Virus record (IMG/VR): IMGVR_UViG_3300020447_000001
Coordinates: 32,001-96,000 of that record
Reading direction: 5' to 3' (one strand)
Length of the DNA: 64,000 nt
DNA from: a virus
This document shows positions 29,287 through 39,100 of the stretch, one piece after another. The position numbers were made by a program, and so were the translations under genes. Within the stretch, counting starts at the first letter, position 1. The number at the start of each line of letters is the position of its first letter. The notes under the pieces are model-generated. The model saw only the letters and a list, made by a program, of their open reading frames with translations. It did no database searches and was not told the origin of the DNA.

Positions 29287-31540
29287 GAGTCTCCATCAGT
29301 TAACGTGGCCGGTGATTGCCCCTTCATTGGGGTTGCCACAAACAAATCCGGTATTTCCAGTACAGACGTTGTGCCCTCTGTGTGAGGGAGCATTGTCCAT
29401 ATATAAGGATAACAAAAGTGGCGAAGAATGGGCATACTGTTTGGATTGCCAGTGGTCTTCCTCCGCGCTGCAATTAGCTGCACATCTTTGGAACGTCCCT
29501 CTTTCAGTAGCAGTCGAACGTCTCGCAGAGTTACATAATACTAGCGTAACTGAGAGCGAGATTCAAACCTATATCAAACGATGTGTCTTAACCCACGAAA
29601 AAGCAAATAAGCTGTGGAATAAGGCACAAAATAATATAAGTCGTCCTAGCCCAGGGTTGTCTAAATTGAGAACGCACTTTGGGCTGAACATTGGTCAGCT
29701 GAGCATCTCTCGTATTGTAGACGGGCCTGCCCGCTTGTTTGGCATTATACACGTCGCCGATGTAAAACGTTTATGGGTATACGGGGGGAAGAATCGAGCC
29801 TATCGAAAGGCAGAGTTTTTCAAAGGCAAAGGGTGGGAAGATGTGCTGGTAATTCCGTACTTTAAGGCTCCCGGAAACGTGGCCAGTATTTTATTTGTAG
29901 GTAGAGAAGGCAAAGAAACCAGCGATCAAATTTTTCAGACTTACGCTAGGCGAGGAAGAAGTAGTAACTCAAGTAATGCGTCTTCTGGTTTTGCGGGACT
30001 GCATTCAGTTATTGATTATGATTGTGGTCACGTCATATTAACGAGCGACGTGTTAGCTAATTTCCGTATACAGACACGACATTTTTTAACTAGTGTAACT
30101 CCATTACCATTGGTTTCTTGGTACGACGATCCTGGTGGCGTTTATGCGTCTAACTGGGGTCTTTTTAGCGGTAAACGTTTAGTGTTCTGGGAGTGGGAAC
30201 CAAAAGCTAGTGTGTTGTATCAGTGCATGACAACAAACGCAGATTTGGTTATCAACGTTGGCCCTAAGAAATATGACGTACGAAACATTAGTCATTGGGT
30301 GCGGAATCAAAAATCTATGTTGGACATAGAGCGACAAGTTGTACGAGAGGCGAAACCATGGAAAAAAGCATTACGAAACTGGATTCGAACTAGAGACGCA
30401 ACGGAAGGACGAATTTCAACTTTATTGTTAGAATGTAACAATCTAAGCTCCAAGCTTGCGGAAGAAGTCCGCTCTGCAATTGGGTGGGAACGTACACAAG
30501 CTAAACATTACACACGTTCTGTTACGATAAATAGCAATACATATACTGATCGTGGTGGAGTGTGGTATCAAAACAGTACGGAAAAACCGTTATTTGACGG
30601 TAACATTCGTGTAGACCGTGTGATCGTTCGAGACGGTTGTTTACCGGAGTATGTGGGAGAAATATTTATACAGGATTCCGCAATGCCGTTTCGTGTGAAA
30701 GGGCGTACACGAGCTAAGCTAAATAAAGCTATCTGGGATGTTATTGAATCCTCCGGCTATTTTTCAGAAAGAAAAGCCCCTTGTGGTGTGGGGCTTATTC
30801 AATTGGCGTTGGCTTTTTATAAGCCTGACATCTGGAAAGGCAAAGACATACTTGGGTGGGACGGAACTGGCTTTCAGTTACAAAACTGTAAAATTGTTCG
30901 TGGCAAATACGAGAAGACTCCGCCAGAGTTATTTTCACATCAATTTGAGGGTCCAGCCGGTAGTTCCTACAGATGGCGTGCTGAAGTAGTAAGTTCATTA
31001 CTTCAAGCTACGTCCCTAGAGTCAACATGGGCGTGGTCTATAGTGTTCGGGTGTATCAACCAGATTTTGTCCCCTGTGGCTCAACATCCTGTGTCAAAAC
31101 TCGTGTTTGAGTACGATGAATATCATAATACAGCTTTTACACGTATCTTGCGTTTGTTGGGTGTTCCAACTACCACAGAATTTTGGAAGCACAATTGGCC
31201 TGCTATATCAATAGAAAAGCCGACCCGACACCAAAAATTTAAAGCTGTTACTGTATCGTCACAAGACGAGATAATAAAAGGCAGAGGTATCTATCTAATT
31301 AAAGCGCCTTCTGCCCACGAATTGCGACCTGTAAATATTCCTACAGCGTTTAGAACTGTGATTCCAAACTTTTTAGCGTGGTTTACGCTACAGGACTTTG
31401 CTACTTGCTTTAACGAGCAAAGTTCGTGGGAAAAGCAGACGTTGAGTCTTGTGCAGAAATGGGCCACAGAGAGAGAAATTAAAAAGCTATTTCCTGTGTT
31501 TCAAGCGGCAATACAACTCACTCGTCCTCCCAATCATTAA
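29285..31540 (+). CDS. Large protein with N-terminal zinc finger (CPLC..CLDC), primase-like N-terminus
   Basis: ORF 29174..31540; likely start ATG 29285. Confidence 0.55.
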   Translation: MSLHQLTWPVIAPSLGLPQTNPVFPVQTLCPLCEGALSIYKDNKSGEEWAYCLDCQWSSSALQLAAHLWNVPLSVAVERLAELHNTSVTESEIQTYIKRCVLTHEKANKLWNKAQNNISRPSPGLSKLRTHFGLNIGQLSISRIVDGPARLFGIIHVADVKRLWVYGGKNRAYRKAEFFKGKGWEDVLVIPYFKAPGNVASILFVGREGKETSDQIFQTYARRGRSSNSSNASSGFAGLHSVIDYDCGHVILTSDVLANFRIQTRHFLTSVTPLPLVSWYDDPGGVYASNWGLFSGKRLVFWEWEPKASVLYQCMTTNADLVINVGPKKYDVRNISHWVRNQKSMLDIERQVVREAKPWKKALRNWIRTRDATEGRISTLLLECNNLSSKLAEEVRSAIGWERTQAKHYTRSVTINSNTYTDRGGVWYQNSTEKPLFDGNIRVDRVIVRDGCLPEYVGEIFIQDSAMPFRVKGRTRAKLNKAIWDVIESSGYFSERKAPCGVGLIQLALAFYKPDIWKGKDILGWDGTGFQLQNCKIVRGKYEKTPPELFSHQFEGPAGSSYRWRAEVVSSLLQATSLESTWAWSIVFGCINQILSPVAQHPVSKLVFEYDEYHNTAFTRILRLLGVPTTTEFWKHNWPAISIEKPTRHQKFKAVTVSSQDEIIKGRGIYLIKAPSAHELRPVNIPTAFRTVIPNFLAWFTLQDFATCFNEQSSWEKQTLSLVQKWATEREIKKLFPVFQAAIQLTRPPNH

Positions 31541-33479
31541 CAGTTATTGGTTGGACTGCCTGCTTTACTTCATCTCCCATTGATACATTTTCATACTCAG
31601 CCAGATTAGGCCATTGTCCTGACATGTGGCAAAGCATCATAGTACCCATATTGACTGCCTGTGCAAAATCATCAGGACCAGCTGGGTCTCTAAGAATTTG
31701 ATACCGATCTCTGCCAAATCCTGTTTCTGACTTATCTTCAATGAGATAAAGAAAATCATGTAGCAATCCAGGCTCACCAGAACTTATATAATCGTAAGTA
31801 AAGAACCTGAGAACACCAGATTTAATAAATTGACAGGTGTAACTAAGACTTCGAGCTTTCTCCATATTAAAGTGTTCACGAGGATGGAGCGAGGTTGCAG
31901 GCTTAAACTGAAGAACATTGCCTTTTGCAGGTCCCGTATATGCAATCGGTATGATATTAGCCAGCGGCAACCCTGCGTGATTCATCACGGTTTCTCGAAT
32001 CGAACCGGCTCCTGTGTAATCGTGAACGAGATGACTGCACTGGAAGTGGTTCATAACCCCTAAAATCATTCGAGCTTCTCTTACATGATCGTGGGGGTGC
32101 AGGCTGCGATATCCGTACAAAACATCAATTTTCCCCTCTGGTCCCATCCCTAGTACCGCAATAGCGGTATAAGACTGATACTCCATAACTGATTTACCGC
32201 CTTTTACGCCCCCTCCGCCCCAGTCTACAGAAACAACCTTATAGCTGTATTCATTTATGTGCGCCTTAGCTTCGTCTATGTCTCGTTTCCACGGAAGACA
32301 AGCCGCTTTTCTAATATCGGTTACGCTGACAAGTTTGCTACCAGAATCGTATGATTCCCCACAAACTTCGTTCATAAATACATTAATAGGTGTATTGCCT
32401 TTACCCTGTTGTTTGCCTACCAGTATTTCCCATTTTTCAGGGTCGGCATAATGCATTGGCATAATGATTTGTGGTACGTGATAACCTGCGGAGGTCCAGC
32501 GTCTGTCTTTTATACGATGTACCCAACGACCTGTTCCTCCTTGGTAAGCAGGGCGTGGGTTGACTGGCTTTCTGCATTTTGCACATACAACACCCGGACA
32601 TTTTTCTGAGATGTCTGCGTGGTAAGGGCCAATCATAGCTACGAGATCGTACTCTAATGCTGGGATGTTCCAGTGGGCACAATGTGGACATTTAATCATC
32701 CACTCAGCCATAGAGGAATCTTGCCATAAAACTTGTATCGTGTTGTCATTTGTCTTGGGCGTTCCAGCATATTGAATCAGTCCCCACTCTTGAGAAGCAG
32801 ATATTGTTTCATGAATCACAGGCAAAAAAGATATGTCCATATCCTGAACTTCATCAATTACATTTTTGTCCGCTGAGATGCCGCGAGTACGTTCGGCATC
32901 TTGGTAGGCAAAACTAAAAAGCATTTGAGATCTATTTTTAAACGAACGCTGTAAAACTGAATTAATAGTACTAGTACCCATGAAAAGATCGACTACGGGA
33001 GATGTTTCGATAAATGGGCGAACGTAGTTCTGACTAAAACGACGAATCATTTCAAAAAGAGGAGTAATATACAATGTGCTGAAATAAGGAATACAATTGC
33101 TGAACAAAACACCTTGCGCAGCTAAAGACGTAGATTTAGAAACTTGTCGCCCTGTTTTTAACAGCGTTCGACGGGGCATTCGTGTACGAAAAAACGGAGC
33201 AAATGGAAAATGATCGTGAAGATGATAAGGCTTTCCACGAATTTCAAGCAGTAAAGGTAATAGCGGTTTCAGGGTAAGATATCCGCTCTTATTTAGAACG
33301 TGGGAAGCGGTTTTTAATCGTTTCGTAATTTGGTCGTCTCCAACAGACCACCTGACACCTTCCCCTAGGGAAGATCGTAGTAGGTTTTCAAAGTCAACTC
33401 CTTGGTCAGCCTCGACTTGGTCTAACGTTTCCTCGGATTTTTCGAGGGCAGTTAATGTTGGGTTTGTTTGAGTATTCAT
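31518..33479 (-). CDS. terL: Terminase large subunit (GpA-like)
   Basis: KTGRQVSKST (Walker A-like), RGISAD, VIDEVQD (Walker B), GTPKT, CPHC..CAKC zinc motif, VSVDWGG and DDFAQA nuclease motifs. Confidence 0.85.
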   Translation of the reverse strand: MNTQTNPTLTALEKSEETLDQVEADQGVDFENLLRSSLGEGVRWSVGDDQITKRLKTASHVLNKSGYLTLKPLLPLLLEIRGKPYHLHDHFPFAPFFRTRMPRRTLLKTGRQVSKSTSLAAQGVLFSNCIPYFSTLYITPLFEMIRRFSQNYVRPFIETSPVVDLFMGTSTINSVLQRSFKNRSQMLFSFAYQDAERTRGISADKNVIDEVQDMDISFLPVIHETISASQEWGLIQYAGTPKTNDNTIQVLWQDSSMAEWMIKCPHCAHWNIPALEYDLVAMIGPYHADISEKCPGVVCAKCRKPVNPRPAYQGGTGRWVHRIKDRRWTSAGYHVPQIIMPMHYADPEKWEILVGKQQGKGNTPINVFMNEVCGESYDSGSKLVSVTDIRKAACLPWKRDIDEAKAHINEYSYKVVSVDWGGGGVKGGKSVMEYQSYTAIAVLGMGPEGKIDVLYGYRSLHPHDHVREARMILGVMNHFQCSHLVHDYTGAGSIRETVMNHAGLPLANIIPIAYTGPAKGNVLQFKPATSLHPREHFNMEKARSLSYTCQFIKSGVLRFFTYDYISSGEPGLLHDFLYLIEDKSETGFGRDRYQILRDPAGPDDFAQAVNMGTMMLCHMSGQWPNLAEYENVSMGDEVKQAVQPITVNDWEDE

Positions 33480-33973
33480 AGAAGGGAGGTATTTTGACTA
33501 CAATGTGAGATTGCGGGTAAACTTTAATTGTATGGCATGTATCGTAATACACGCTATAATTTTTTCACTATAGACAGGAGTATTTTCACTATGCCAAGTC
33601 GTAACCCGTGGGGGTATCAAAAGAGAAAGCGGCTCAGACATACAAATTTGTTTGGTGAAGTTCCAGGGTTTGATACTGGCGAGTTTTTGGTGCGTAAGTA
33701 TCCGTTGGGATTGACTATTGACAAGTTAATGGCGTCTGAGGGGCAAGGAGACGCTCCAAATAGAGCCGCAATGGTTCAGTGGCGTACTCCTGAGGGAACG
33801 TAAAATGCTTTATGGGGAAATCTACTGGGGTACTAGTCGCAGGGGCAACTTTGTTTTTAGCTTTGGGTGCCGCTTGTGCGTTCATAGTAAGCGGTGAATG
33901 GATGATACCCGCTTGTGGTATTGGCGGTTGGCTTATAGGAATAATGCTGATTCGTTCTCTAGGATAGATAATT

Positions 33974-34336
33974 ATGTTATTTGACGTGTTTATTGCGGCT
34001 CTAGCCACATGGCAAATTATTGAAATTTGGCATCACAGTTTACTGTTTGCTGGAGCCAGAGCACGTGTGGAACTCTGGGAGAACAAGCTAGGGGAATTAT
34101 TAGTATGTCCCTTTTGCTTGTCTCCCTGGGTAGCCGCTTTGTCTGTAATAGTACTACTTGTTCCAGCGTGGTTACAATTATCTGGGTGGTACATACTAAC
34201 CACACATATAGTATGGTATGCTTTTGCAGTTTCTCGGTTAGCTAATATATGCAACGACATAACACGCAAGATGTCGCGAACGCCGAAACCGTTCGACGGC
34301 ATTTTAGATTCTTTTGACACTGACGTGAAGGAGTAA
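33974..34336 (+). CDS. DUF1360-like membrane protein
   Basis: LLVCPFCLSPWVA between hydrophobic helices. Confidence 0.65.
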   Translation: MLFDVFIAALATWQIIEIWHHSLLFAGARARVELWENKLGELLVCPFCLSPWVAALSVIVLLVPAWLQLSGWYILTTHIVWYAFAVSRLANICNDITRKMSRTPKPFDGILDSFDTDVKE

Positions 34337-34338
34337 AC

Positions 34339-34773
34339 GTGGCCGATACCGATACACCATCAGTTGAACTAGCTTCTAATGCTAAGCAACCTGGAGTTAT
34401 GTTTGATAGTCAACTTGTTGAACTATTTCACCCGACAATCGACAAAGCCTTCATGGAGCATTCAGATGTTCTTCGCTCTGTGCTAGTGTCTTTTGATTAT
34501 TACGGGTCGTTAAATGACGCGCCTGACTTGAATAAAGCTATATGGCTTGGACCGCAGGGCGCACAACAAGAACCGGCAGGTATTATAGGGTCTATAGGCG
34601 CTACACTCCAGGCGGTAGCTCATATGATTGATCGGGCATTTCTACTAAGAAACGCAATTCGCGAAGACCTAGAAGAAACTATACAAGCCCTCCACGAAAG
34701 GAAAGCAGAACTTGAGCAAGTCAAAAAAGAACTTGAAGAACGAGGAGGAGTCTCTGGAGGAGCTTCTGAGTAG
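34339..34773 (+). CDS. Hypothetical protein with C-terminal coiled coil
   Basis: RBS aaggag, GTG start. Confidence 0.6.
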   Translation: MADTDTPSVELASNAKQPGVMFDSQLVELFHPTIDKAFMEHSDVLRSVLVSFDYYGSLNDAPDLNKAIWLGPQGAQQEPAGIIGSIGATLQAVAHMIDRAFLLRNAIREDLEETIQALHERKAELEQVKKELEERGGVSGGASE

Positions 34774-35293
34774 GTTAAATATTCAACCGGATGAATGGGA
34801 TCTTTTAATAATAGGAGACGGTTCTGGCTCTAATTGGACTCGTGAAAGTGGGTGGGCCTCTGTTTCAATTGAACGTGCTACGTTAGAAAGGCGTGTATGG
34901 CTAGGGGCCATGAACCGAGGAACGGTTAATTTTGCGGAGATGATGGCTTATCTACAGCCCCTTAATTGGTATGCTTCTGCTGAGCTTACTAAACGTAAAA
35001 AATCTGGTAACGTCCGTTTCAGAAAAGTTCACATTGTTACCGACTCAAAATACTGCAAGGAACAGGGCAGTAGAAAATTATTTACTTCTAAGAAAAATTC
35101 TGTGCTGTGGAAAATATTCGATGGCTTTCAAAGACACGGTATTTTGCTGCATTGGCACTGGATACCGCGAGACACAGTTAGTTTGAATGTATACGCGGAT
35201 AAAGTGAGTAAAGCTGCACGTAAATCCTTAGCGGGGGTTCAAACAAACTTAAACCCAGGTAATTTGACAGGTCCCTACCAATTTAACCCCTAG
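34712..35293 (+). CDS. rnhA: Ribonuclease HI-like protein
   Basis: IIGDGSG, NFAEMMA, IVTDSKY, HWHWIPR, NVYADKVSK: the RNase H D-E-D-D pattern. Confidence 0.8.
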   Translation: MSKSKKNLKNEEESLEELLSRLNIQPDEWDLLIIGDGSGSNWTRESGWASVSIERATLERRVWLGAMNRGTVNFAEMMAYLQPLNWYASAELTKRKKSGNVRFRKVHIVTDSKYCKEQGSRKLFTSKKNSVLWKIFDGFQRHGILLHWHWIPRDTVSLNVYADKVSKAARKSLAGVQTNLNPGNLTGPYQFNP

Positions 35294-35528
35294 TAACATT
35301 ATTTAATACGCAGAGTCTGTGGCAAATAAAAGTATAAGGTTATTCCTGTTACACACGGAACGTGCTATAAATTAGCAACGTGGTACGAAGGACCGCATTT
35401 TCGCTAAATAATATAACTGAGGAGGCTTGACATGAAATTTTAACCAGTAAATATAGAGGCATAACGGAGTGGAGTTTTAACACGGACGGTGGGTTAGTTA
35501 TCGTAGTTCAGCTACTAAGGACTTTTTA

Positions 35529-35936
35529 ATGGTAAACACAAGTATTTCAACACTAACGAAGGCAGAAGACGTATCGAAGGGCAACAAAGCTACTAAGGTT
35601 GTTCAATTGCGTATGGATAACCCGACTATGACTAATGTCAACGTAGCTAAAACAGTTGGTTGTTCTCAAACTTACTCAAGCAAGATCTGGAGTGATTACA
35701 TGAAAGCAAAAGGCAACGCAACGAAGACACAGAGTAAAACAAAGAGTGCGGCCCCAGCTAAGGCAAAGAAAAGAATTACAGCGGCTAGGAAAGCCACAAC
35801 GACGGCTCCTTCGGCAACTACGCACAGTGCAGAGCAAATTCTAACTGCATATGATGACATGAAGTGTCTTGTTAATCGTGTTGGCCCATGTGCTGCAACA
35901 CATCTTCTAAAGAGAGCTGAGAAGGAATTGAGCTAA
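35529..35936 (+). CDS. Putative HTH DNA-binding protein with K/A/T-rich linker
   Basis: NPTMTNVNVAKTVGCSQTYSSKIW resembles an HTH. Confidence 0.5.
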   Translation: MVNTSISTLTKAEDVSKGNKATKVVQLRMDNPTMTNVNVAKTVGCSQTYSSKIWSDYMKAKGNATKTQSKTKSAAPAKAKKRITAARKATTTAPSATTHSAEQILTAYDDMKCLVNRVGPCAATHLLKRAEKELS

Positions 35937-36004
35937 CGGTAATTAATGTATTGCGTTCATTCTCGTCGTCCTCGTCATTGAACGTGGGCGGCGAGAATTT
36001 TTAA

Positions 36005-36556
36005 TTGGTGGTGTCAGCAATGAAACTAGGCGGCTTAGAAATACTCAAACGAGTGCGGGACGGTTCAATAGTTATTGATCCGTTTGACGAATCTCAGCTT
36101 AACCCTAATTCCTACGACCTAAGACTAGCGGATACGTTAGTGACTTATGCCCACGATGACATGCCGCTGGACATGGCAAAAGAACACGACAGTTTTCAAG
36201 TTAAGATACCCACGGAGGGTGCCCTGCTACGCCCCGGAGAAATATACCTAGGATCAACTGTAGAGTACACAGAGACAGCGGATTTGATTCCAGGCATCGA
36301 AGGGCGTAGTAGTGTAGGACGGCTAGGAATCAACATTCACGCAACAGCAGGTTTCGGAGATGTTGGCTTTAAAGGAACATGGACGTTAGAATTAAGCGTC
36401 GTACGACCGGTTAGAATCTACGCTGGCGTACGTATTTGCCAGATCTATTACGAGCCTCTTATGGGTGATTTTACGCCTTACGAATCAGACAAGTATCAAG
36501 GGCAAACATTACCTAGACCTAGCGGCCTATGGAAAGAAGCAGAGGAGTGGACCTGA
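36005..36556 (+). CDS. dcd: dCTP deaminase
   Basis: QLNPNSYDLRL, EGRSSVGRLG, TAGFGDVGFKGTWTLE, RICQI, KYQGQ. Confidence 0.95.
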   Translation: MVVSAMKLGGLEILKRVRDGSIVIDPFDESQLNPNSYDLRLADTLVTYAHDDMPLDMAKEHDSFQVKIPTEGALLRPGEIYLGSTVEYTETADLIPGIEGRSSVGRLGINIHATAGFGDVGFKGTWTLELSVVRPVRIYAGVRICQIYYEPLMGDFTPYESDKYQGQTLPRPSGLWKEAEEWT

Positions 36557-36557
36557 C

Positions 36558-36899
36558 ATGCACGAATATTTCTGCACCCTCGACCAGAGCAAGTACGAAA
36601 TGGGAGCCGTAGACGGAGACACAGTAGATGTCATGGTCGACCTAGGGTTTCATACCTTCCAGAAGCTACGTATACGACTTCTATTGGTAGATACCCCAGA
36701 AAGAGGCGAAGAAGATTTCCATGAAGCTACACAGGTATTTCGTGACCTTCTGAAGCAAGCGACCGAGGGCGACCCTCGATTGTACCTACGGACACAGAAA
36801 CGAGGGAAGTACGGTAGATGGCTAGGTGAGTTTATTAGTTTGGATCGCACCTTAAATATTAACGAGGTGTTAGAAGAACGATGGCCATATGTTAAATAG
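36558..36899 (+). CDS. Thermonuclease (SNase)-like protein
   Basis: VDGDTVDV.VDLGF, RIRLLLVDTPE, GKYGRWLG. Confidence 0.85.
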   Translation: MHEYFCTLDQSKYEMGAVDGDTVDVMVDLGFHTFQKLRIRLLLVDTPERGEEDFHEATQVFRDLLKQATEGDPRLYLRTQKRGKYGRWLGEFISLDRTLNINEVLEERWPYVK

Positions 36900-36927
36900 T
36901 ACTATTTAAACCACGTTAGTTAGAAGT

Positions 36928-36956
36928 AAATACCCTGCTTATTGCGGGGTATTTTT
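36928..36956 (+). terminator. Terminator followed by RBS
   Basis: aataccctgc-ttatt-gcggggtatt ttt, then aggagg. Confidence 0.75.
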
Positions 36957-36969
36957 ATAGGAGGATTAA

Positions 36970-37209
36970 ATGGCAGATTTAAAAGAATATGAGGTGGTGT
37001 GGACGCAATGCCCAACGGCATACAATCGCCCCAGAGTATTATTTATTGAAGCACAAAACAAAGAAGACGCAAGAGTTTTAGCTAAAGACCACATAAAGAG
37101 AAGCTTTGGAATTGGGCAGAGTGTTATTGATAAAATTACAGAAACCAAAGAGATGCCTGAGGGAGGTGTTGTTGGTTCAAAGTATGGGGATCATCATGTA
37201 AGGAGATAG
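36970..37209 (+). CDS. Hypothetical protein
   Basis: RBS aggagg. Confidence 0.6.
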   Translation: MADLKEYEVVWTQCPTAYNRPRVLFIEAQNKEDARVLAKDHIKRSFGIGQSVIDKITETKEMPEGGVVGSKYGDHHVRR

Positions 37210-37211
37210 TT

Positions 37212-37442
37212 ATGGGTAGACCCATTTGCGTCAACTGTAAACAAGAGTATCAATGTAAGAAGAATGAGCAGGTCGTTAACGACAAAGCGGCAGGAGTATT
37301 CCCCGCTACGTTTTGGATGGGAGATTTATGGGAATGCACTAACTGTAGTCATCAAATTGTCACAGGACGTGGTAAAAGCCTGGGGTTAACACCCTTTGAA
37401 GTGGAAAGCCTAGGAGGCTCTATTGAATTTGGACATTGTTAA
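37212..37442 (+). CDS. Small zinc-ribbon protein
   Basis: CVNC...DLWECTNC. Confidence 0.6.
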   Translation: MGRPICVNCKQEYQCKKNEQVVNDKAAGVFPATFWMGDLWECTNCSHQIVTGRGKSLGLTPFEVESLGGSIEFGHC

Positions 37443-37463
37443 AACAAAAAAGGAGCTTAAATC

Positions 37464-37730
37464 ATGAGTCACGATCCAACTGAAACTATTCGTAGAAGTG
37501 AAGTTAATAGAATTAATACAGCAGTAGAAAGTTCAGACGAGGATGCTGAACGCGCAAGACTTGAAGCAGAATACGGACAAGTATGGGATACGAAACAACT
37601 TCAAGAAGATTTTGCGGTAACTAGCTTTGGAGCCCCATACGTGGTTGTAACACGTAAAACAGATAGTGTTGTTGGTTCACTGGAATTTCAACACAGTCCA
37701 CGTTATTATTTTAACTTCACGGAAAATTAG
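37464..37730 (+). CDS. Conserved hypothetical protein
   Basis: YGQVWDT..L.EDF.V..FGAPYVVV.RK....GSLEFQHSPRYYF. Confidence 0.65.
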   Translation: MSHDPTETIRRSEVNRINTAVESSDEDAERARLEAEYGQVWDTKQLQEDFAVTSFGAPYVVVTRKTDSVVGSLEFQHSPRYYFNFTEN

Positions 37731-37760
37731 ATAAAGTAACCATATAGAAAGGATTCGAAA

Positions 37761-38123
37761 ATGGTACAGCGATTTGGGCCTAGTAAACGCAGGACACGGA
37801 AACCACCGGAAAACGAATGGCTCCAGTTTATGTCGACGAGTGAAAAAGAGACTCTAAGGCAAAAAGAATGGTTAGATACATCTCTAGCGGATACTGGTTT
37901 ACCGGTTCGTGTGGTAAATTGCCTGGAGGAGGCCGGAATTCTTACTGTGGAGGACTTGACGAAACAAACCGCAGATGCGTTACTACGTATTACCAATTTT
38001 GGCGAGCAAACATTGGGACAATGTACTCGCCTGCTGGCAAAACTTAATCTTCCGCATTGCTTGCAGGAAGAGGCACATGAAGACCCCGGTAGGTGTATTA
38101 ACCTTAAGTCTCCTTCCAGGTGA
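37761..38123 (+). CDS. Stand-alone RNA polymerase alpha C-terminal domain protein
   Basis: SLADTGLPVRVVNCLEEAGILTVEDL...LLRITNFGEQTL matches the alpha-CTD pattern (LSVR..NCL....I.T..DL...NFG.KSL). Confidence 0.85.
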   Translation: MVQRFGPSKRRTRKPPENEWLQFMSTSEKETLRQKEWLDTSLADTGLPVRVVNCLEEAGILTVEDLTKQTADALLRITNFGEQTLGQCTRLLAKLNLPHCLQEEAHEDPGRCINLKSPSR

Positions 38124-38161
38124 CCTACCGGGGTCGCTTTAAATCAATTCAATTACTTCGT

Positions 38162-38191
38162 AGCCTGGAGTCGATACTCCGGGCTTTTTTT
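38162..38191 (+). terminator. Terminator upstream of the RAMP-like gene
   Basis: agcctggagt-cgat-actccgggct tttttt. Confidence 0.8.
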
Positions 38192-38211
38192 ATGCGCAAA
38201 GGAAAAACAAC

Positions 38212-39036
38212 ATGGCTACAATTACTAAAGCAAAAATAGCAAAGAACGGAAAAGTATCGACAGCAAAGAAGGCAACTTCACAGAGAAAGGATCCTTTTGA
38301 AAAGACGCGTATTGTAATACCGGCAATGAAGAAGGCGATCTACAGGGCTACCCTATATGGAAAAACGGATCTGATCGTACATGCTTTAGGCACGAAGGCA
38401 AAAAAGAAGTTGTTGGACTCAATGGGGCCGAAGAACGCTGCGTCGAAAGTGCGACCTGCTAAAGATCCCGCCGCTGAGTATTTTGACAGCATGTACATCC
38501 TTAACAACAAGTACGACTTTGTGACTGGAGAATACTCCAATCCTCACATGAAAGATCAGCCGTACACGGGCGACATCGACGCAGATTATGAGACTATTAT
38601 GCGTCCCATCCGGTACGAAGATTGCACGGCTATTCACGGGGTAGCTTGCGCGGGTATCCGAAAGGGCATGGTTCGTGCGGCAAAGTCGTGCGGGGCCGTT
38701 ATGACAGATACCAACTGTAATATACGGGTAGAAAGTCCTTATGGGAACGAGCTTGCCATTAAATTTGAAACTCTTGTTTCTGGGGAAGTCCCGGTTAAAG
38801 TCGGTAAAAACCAAACGGACTTGCGATATCGTCCTCACTATTCAAACTGGAGCATAGATATTGCGATTACTCACCAGTCTGAGATTATCGGGCCGGAAGA
38901 ATTGACACAACTCCTTCGAAATGCCGGGGAATTTGTCGGCCTGTCAGAATGGAGAAACGAGAAGGGCGGTCAATACGGCGCGTACGAAGTAGACCTCAAC
39001 AGTATTCAATACGAGCTAACTAAAGACAACAAGTAG
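38212..39036 (+). CDS. Cas7/RAMP-like RNA-binding protein, putative effector of the downstream GGY-NN array
   Basis: N-terminal strand RATLYGKTDLIVH; IRKGMVRAA helix; thumb-like VKVGKNQTDLRYRP; C-terminal Gly-rich loop LLRNAGEFVGLSEWRNEKGGQYGAYEV. Confidence 0.7.
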   Translation: MATITKAKIAKNGKVSTAKKATSQRKDPFEKTRIVIPAMKKAIYRATLYGKTDLIVHALGTKAKKKLLDSMGPKNAASKVRPAKDPAAEYFDSMYILNNKYDFVTGEYSNPHMKDQPYTGDIDADYETIMRPIRYEDCTAIHGVACAGIRKGMVRAAKSCGAVMTDTNCNIRVESPYGNELAIKFETLVSGEVPVKVGKNQTDLRYRPHYSNWSIDIAITHQSEIIGPEELTQLLRNAGEFVGLSEWRNEKGGQYGAYEVDLNSIQYELTKDNK

Positions 39037-39055
39037 ATAATTCTGTTTTCGTTAT

Positions 39056-39087
39056 AAGCCCCTAGCCTCCGGGCTAGGGGCTTTTTT
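39056..39087 (+). terminator. Hairpin between the RAMP-like gene and its partner
   Basis: aagcccctagcc-tcc-gggctaggggctt tttt, then aaggag. Confidence 0.8.
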
Positions 39088-39100
39088 AAAAGGAGAACTC

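Noticed and set aside
35426-35457. Sigma70 promoter (TTGACA)
   Set aside because: No good -10 hexamer at 16-18 nt spacing, so not listed as a feature.
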